A stretch of 32,000 nucleotides of DNA from Tannockella kyphosi (GTDB lineage: Bacteria > Bacillota_I > Bacilli_A > Erysipelotrichales > Coprobacillaceae), in the NCBI RefSeq assembly GCF_021054785.1, contig NZ_CP088239.1:1590001-1622000 (forward strand), read 5' to 3'. The translations under genes were made by a program, and so were the position numbers. Below are positions 29,321 to 32,000 of this stretch, piece by piece (the first letter of the stretch is position 1; the number at the start of each line of letters is the position of its first letter). The notes beneath the pieces are model-generated. The model saw only the letters and a program-made list of their open reading frames with translations. It was not told the origin of the DNA and did not search any database.

Positions 29321-29342
29321 TTAGACACATGGAGTGCATATA

Positions 29343-29957
29343 ATGAACGTAGGACAACGTATCAAAGAGTTAAGAAAAGAAAAAGGGTTAACACAAGAAG
29401 AATTAGGTCTTTTAATCGGTGTTAAAAAGTCTGCTGTTGCTAAATATGAAAATAATCGAGTTGAAAACTTGAAAAGAACGACAATAAAGAAGTTAGCAGA
29501 TGTTTTTGATGTCAGTCCATCTATATTTATCATCGATGAAGAAGAAACAATAATCTATAATAAAGTTTTTGAAATTCCTGTTTTTAAAACAGTCCCTTGT
29601 GGTGTTCCTATGGCTGTTATTGAATGGATAGTTGACTATGAGAAAATAGATGAAAAAGCTATATCCAATGGTTCATTCTATGGATTAAGAGCTTTGGACG
29701 ATAGTATGTATCCAAATATAATGGAAGATGATATCCTGATTATCAAACAAACATCTATTGTAGATAGTGGAAAAATCGCTATTGTAAAAGTAAATGAGGA
29801 AGAAGCTACTTGTAAAAAAATAATTATTAGTGACTCTGGTATTACGATAGTACCTTTCAATTCAAGTTATGATCCTATTCATTATAGTAGAGATGATATT
29901 AAAAAAATACCTGTATCAATCTGTGGCGAAGTAGTCGAGATTAGAAGGAAGATGTAG
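29343..29957 (+). CDS. CI/LexA-like repressor: XRE-family HTH plus S24 self-cleaving peptidase domain
   Basis: HTH_3 motif QRIKELRKEKGLTQEELGLLIGVKKSAVAKYENN. The S24 part has the nucleophile context LDDSMYP and a Lys in TCKKI, plus a Cys-Gly (VPCGVP) at the position of the LexA/UmuD cleavage site. ATG 29343 has a GGAGTG SD 6 nt upstream; the track start 29334 is a GTG inside that SD. Confidence 0.8.
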   Translation: MNVGQRIKELRKEKGLTQEELGLLIGVKKSAVAKYENNRVENLKRTTIKKLADVFDVSPSIFIIDEEETIIYNKVFEIPVFKTVPCGVPMAVIEWIVDYEKIDEKAISNGSFYGLRALDDSMYPNIMEDDILIIKQTSIVDSGKIAIVKVNEEEATCKKIIISDSGITIVPFNSSYDPIHYSRDDIKKIPVSICGEVVEIRRKM

Positions 29958-29981
29958 ATAAAAACAAAGAGGAGGATCCCA

Positions 29982-30182
29982 ATGAAAATCGGCATGAGAA
30001 AACCTAGTATTAAAAAATCATTTAAAGCACGAACTACAGGCAAAGCAAAGAGAGCAGTAAAAAAGGCTATTATTCCAGCTTATGGTAAAAAGGGTACTGG
30101 TATTATTAAGAACCCCAAAAAAGCTGTATATAACAAGGTATACAACAAAACTAGCTTTAGTATTTTTAAGTTTTTTAAATAA
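29982..30182 (+). CDS. Very basic lysine-rich small protein (66 aa), function unknown
   Basis: Strong SD AAGAGGAGGA 7 nt upstream. About one third of the residues are Lys/Arg. The RKPS.KKS.KARTTGKAKR..KK...P.YGKKG.G..K.PKKA.YNKVY..T pattern looks like a conserved motif I have seen in Firmicute phage/mobile-element proteins, from memory only. Confidence 0.55.
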   Translation: MKIGMRKPSIKKSFKARTTGKAKRAVKKAIIPAYGKKGTGIIKNPKKAVYNKVYNKTSFSIFKFFK

Positions 30183-30246
30183 ACGTATTTAATAAGATAT
30201 ATAGAAAGGAATAAAAACAAAATATTTATCTATAATAATAAAGAGC

Positions 30247-30286
30247 GGTAGAAGTACTCTAAGTGAGCCTACTCGTGCATATGACG
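30247..30286 (+). repeat. Copy 1 of the module repeated upstream of abi
   Basis: GGTAGAAGTACTCTAAGTGAGCCTACTCGTGCATATGACG. It shares the blocks GTAG / TAYTCTAAGTGARCC / GTG / TGACG with copy 2 (25 of 27 aligned positions identical, with three indels). Confidence 0.6.
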
Positions 30287-30295
30287 AAATAAGTG

Positions 30296-30324
30296 TTGAC
30301 TTCAAAATCAATTTACTGTATATT
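30296..30324 (+). promoter_or_regulatory. Near-consensus sigma-A promoter inside the intergenic spacer, between the two module copies
   Basis: TTGACT (30296-30301), exactly 17 nt, TATATT (30319-30324), with TG immediately 5' of the -10. Confidence 0.5.
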
Positions 30325-30330
30325 TGTTGT

Positions 30331-30410
30331 ATGGAAAGCGACCGTAGTATTCTAAGTGAACCGTGTGACGCGCAAACAAACTCTTTATCGTTATGATAAA
30401 GGGTTTTTTG
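30331..30410 (+). ncRNA. Candidate ~80-nt small RNA (putative RNA antitoxin / regulatory RNA of the Abi_2 HEPN gene)
   Basis: Bounded by the promoter above (predicted TSS near A30331) and a canonical intrinsic terminator. It contains module copy 2. The ends are predicted, not measured. Confidence 0.4.
30342..30370 (+). repeat. Copy 2 of the module repeated upstream of abi
   Basis: CCGTAGTATTCTAAGTGAACCGTGTGACG. The 17-nt ungapped core AGTATTCTAAGTGAACC (30346-30362) matches AGTACTCTAAGTGAGCC (30253-30269), which is 93 nt upstream. Confidence 0.6.
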
Positions 30411-30413
30411 TTT
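30381..30413 (+). terminator. Canonical Rho-independent terminator directly upstream of the abi start codon
   Basis: CTCTTTATC-gttat-GATAAAGGG, a 9-bp stem with one G.U pair, followed by TTTTTTGTTT. Confidence 0.7.
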
Positions 30414-30423
30414 ATAATAATAT

Positions 30424-31383
30424 ATGAAACCATTTAAAAGCATAGACGAGCAAATTGAAATATTAAAAGAACGTGGATTAATTATCGATGACTATGAATT
30501 CGCTAAAAAGTATCTCTTGCATAATAATTACTATAATGTTATTAATGCTCACTCACACTTTATTTACAAAAATAATAATAATAATTTTATTGATAATTTG
30601 ACATTTAAAGAGATAGTAGCAATTCATTATTTTGACAAAGAAGTTAAGAGCATCCTGTTTAAACATCTACTTGATTCAGAGAAGAGATTTAAATCTATAG
30701 TCGCTTATAAATTTTCCGAAAAGTACGGCTCTAATGATTATCCATATCTTAATGTTAATAATTACAATCCAAAATCTATTTTCGAAGTAACTAGTACTAT
30801 TGCAAAAATTTCGCAAATTATACAAAGGAAAAAATCAAAACCCGGCAATTCCATTAGTCATTATTTCCAAATATATGATAATATTCCATTTTGGATAATT
30901 ACTAACGAATTAACATTCGGTCAAACACTCCATCTATATGATCATTTTGATATATCCCTACGAAATAGTATAGCTAAGGAATTTAGCCTGATTTTAGAGG
31001 ATAACTTAGAAGTTGAAGGGGTTCGAATAACACCTGACGACCTATATACAACGTTAAATAATTTATTAGAAATAAGAAATATACTAGCCCATAATAATCT
31101 TATGTACTACTTCAAATGTAGAAAGAACATTCCTTATATAACAGAATTACATAATCTCTTCGACATGAAACATGATTCCCCTAAGAATGCTGTATATGAC
31201 GTGTTTCTTGCACTATATTGTACTTTATCCTATAACCAATATGTCGAATTGCACAATACAATTAGAAAAAGAGCGAGGACACTTAACAGAAATCTAGTAG
31301 TTATTGATGCAAATGTGGTTATGAACAGCTTAGGTTTTCCAGACGATTGGTTTAATTGCCCTGCCAAACCTACCAGAAATTAA
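30424..31383 (+). CDS. Abi_2 family (AbiD/AbiD1/AbiF-like) abortive-infection protein with a HEPN Rx4H motif
   Basis: N-terminus KPFKSIDEQIEILKERGLIIDD...YLLHNNYY, central IPFWIITNELTFGQTLHLY, and a single HEPN motif R218-NILA-H223 (LLEIRNILAHNN, nt 31075-31092). 319 aa. Confidence 0.85.
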   Translation: MKPFKSIDEQIEILKERGLIIDDYEFAKKYLLHNNYYNVINAHSHFIYKNNNNNFIDNLTFKEIVAIHYFDKEVKSILFKHLLDSEKRFKSIVAYKFSEKYGSNDYPYLNVNNYNPKSIFEVTSTIAKISQIIQRKKSKPGNSISHYFQIYDNIPFWIITNELTFGQTLHLYDHFDISLRNSIAKEFSLILEDNLEVEGVRITPDDLYTTLNNLLEIRNILAHNNLMYYFKCRKNIPYITELHNLFDMKHDSPKNAVYDVFLALYCTLSYNQYVELHNTIRKRARTLNRNLVVIDANVVMNSLGFPDDWFNCPAKPTRN

Positions 31384-31436
31384 AAAAATAAAAAACATCC
31401 CGCGCCAACGAGATGTAAAATAAAAGCACATTTCAA

Positions 31437-31478
31437 GTCCTTTTATGCGCTAATTTTAGCATAAAACGGACCTTTTCA
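31437..31478 (+). terminator. Hairpin terminator candidate downstream of abi
   Basis: GTCCTTTTATGC-gctaatttta-GCATAAAAcGGAC (one bulged C) followed by CTTTTC. Confidence 0.4.
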
Positions 31479-31514
31479 CAGTGCCAATAAGAAGGGACTA
31501 TTAAATTTATGTAA

Positions 31515-32000
31515 TTAATAAAAGTAGCTGCCTATTGCAGATTTAATAGTGATAATCAAAGGACAGAAAGTATCGATGCACAATTGTGTGCAATAAAAGA
31601 ATACTGTAAAAGAAATAAATATATACTAGAACGCATTTATTTTGATGAGGCAAAGAGTAGAACTAATGATGATAGAGAACAGTTCCAGGCAATGATCAGT
31701 GACAGTAATAGAGCTTATTAGAGAGGCATTCTTTACACCTGGTAATATTGATGTCATTGCAAATGAAATCTATGCTTATGTAGAAAATAATTCTAAAAAC
31801 AATAATAAAATAGTAACTGATTTGATAAATGAAGTTAAAACCCTAGAAAGCAATATCCTAATGCTTATGCCAAGGAAACTATTATCTTTAATCTTGAAGA
31901 AATAAAGGATTATTTAAACGCTTTAGAAAAACAAAATAAAAGAATGCTCATTGAAGCATTCCTTTATAAAGTAATAGTATATGACAAACGTATTTTGGTT
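31515..32000 (+). pseudogene. Disrupted large serine recombinase (resolvase/invertase-type N-terminus joined to a C-terminal tail); continues past the window end
   Basis: My translation of 31515-31718 gives LIKVAAYCRFNSDNQRTESIDAQLCAIKEYCKRNKYILERIYFDEAKSRTNDDREQFQAMISDSNRAY*, a resolvase N-terminus. ATA sits where the start codon is expected, and Asn replaces the catalytic Ser (RFNSDNQ versus R[VY]S[ST]D.Q). From ~31700 a different frame gives ..VIELIREAFFTPGNIDVIANEI.., and after another frame change ..AKETIIFNLEEIKDYLNALEKQNKRMLIEAFLYKVIVYDKRILV, which looks like a typical recombinase C-terminal tail. Most of the catalytic, recombinase and zinc-ribbon domains are missing. Confidence 0.65.

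Larger units (their letters stand above)
29286..32000. mobile_element. Remnant of an integrated element (prophage/ICE-like islet) carrying a defence gene; its boundaries are not defined
   Basis: Phage-type S24 repressor, small basic protein, Abi gene and dead serine recombinase are all co-oriented. A 545-bp gene-free AT-rich gap precedes them. No att repeats could be identified inside the window. Confidence 0.4.

Noticed and set aside
30247-30370. Possible CRISPR array or Cas13-type direct repeats next to a HEPN protein
   Set aside because: There are only two diverged copies, with indels and a promoter between them. They have no regular repeat-spacer periodicity, and the protein (319 aa, one Rx4H) is far too small for a Cas13. 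This is not a CRISPR array.
30189-30443. 84-aa minus-strand ORF covering the whole abi upstream spacer
   Set aside because: It has no SD, and its start overlaps the abi start on the opposite strand. Its internal similarity (GSLRILRSL / GSLRVLLPL) is just the antisense reading of the two nucleotide repeats. The plus-strand promoter and terminator explain the region better.
31395-31416. GC-rich segment ACATCCCGCGCCAACGAGATGT downstream of abi as a tRNA 3'-end fragment or att remnant
   Set aside because: It could be read as T-stem plus acceptor strand, but the implied tRNA would start with C. There is no CCA and no T-loop consensus, no matching copy exists elsewhere in the window, and serine recombinases do not typically target tRNA genes. 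It stays a weak 5-bp hairpin only.
31699-31905. 68-aa ORF called in the six-frame track
   Set aside because: It starts at a GTG inside the recombinase remnant. Its sequence (..FFTPGNIDVIANEI..) is a fragment of the recombinase C-terminal region, so it is part of the pseudogene.

Overview
AT-rich, Bacillota-type chromosomal segment. The lineage call (Erysipelotrichia/Clostridia-like) is only an inference from gene content, such as glgD, a cre site and YolD, and from codon bias. About 28.8 kb is ordinary housekeeping DNA. From left to right it holds: a truncated prepilin peptidase; DUF1846 and ROK kinase genes; an orphan holin-like gene pair; a five-gene branched-chain amino-acid ABC transporter operon (livJHMGF-like); an LCP cell-wall ligase; a six-gene glycogen operon (glgB-glgP-pullulanase-glgC-glgD-glgA); an HPr paralogue with a cre site; a Y-family polymerase/YolD pair; HAD hydrolase, Gfo/Idh/MocA oxidoreductase and secreted nuclease genes; a D-2-hydroxyacid dehydrogenase; a two-domain PPK2; and a GGDRF-EAL c-di-GMP protein. 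The right-hand ~2.7 kb (about 29.3 kb to the window end) looks like the decayed remnant of an integrated element. It carries a CI/LexA-like HTH-S24 repressor, a very lysine-rich 66-aa protein, an Abi_2 (AbiD/AbiF-type) HEPN protein and a multiply disrupted serine recombinase. The most interesting signal is the 241-nt spacer in front of the Abi_2 gene. It contains a near-consensus promoter, two diverged copies of a short sequence module and a canonical intrinsic terminator that ends 14 nt before an abi start codon with no Shine-Dalgarno. That is the layout expected for an RNA-antitoxin (type III-like) toxin-antitoxin / abortive-infection module. No rRNA, tRNA or CRISPR array was seen. All calls rest on reading the sequence and the supplied ORF translations; no database search was possible.
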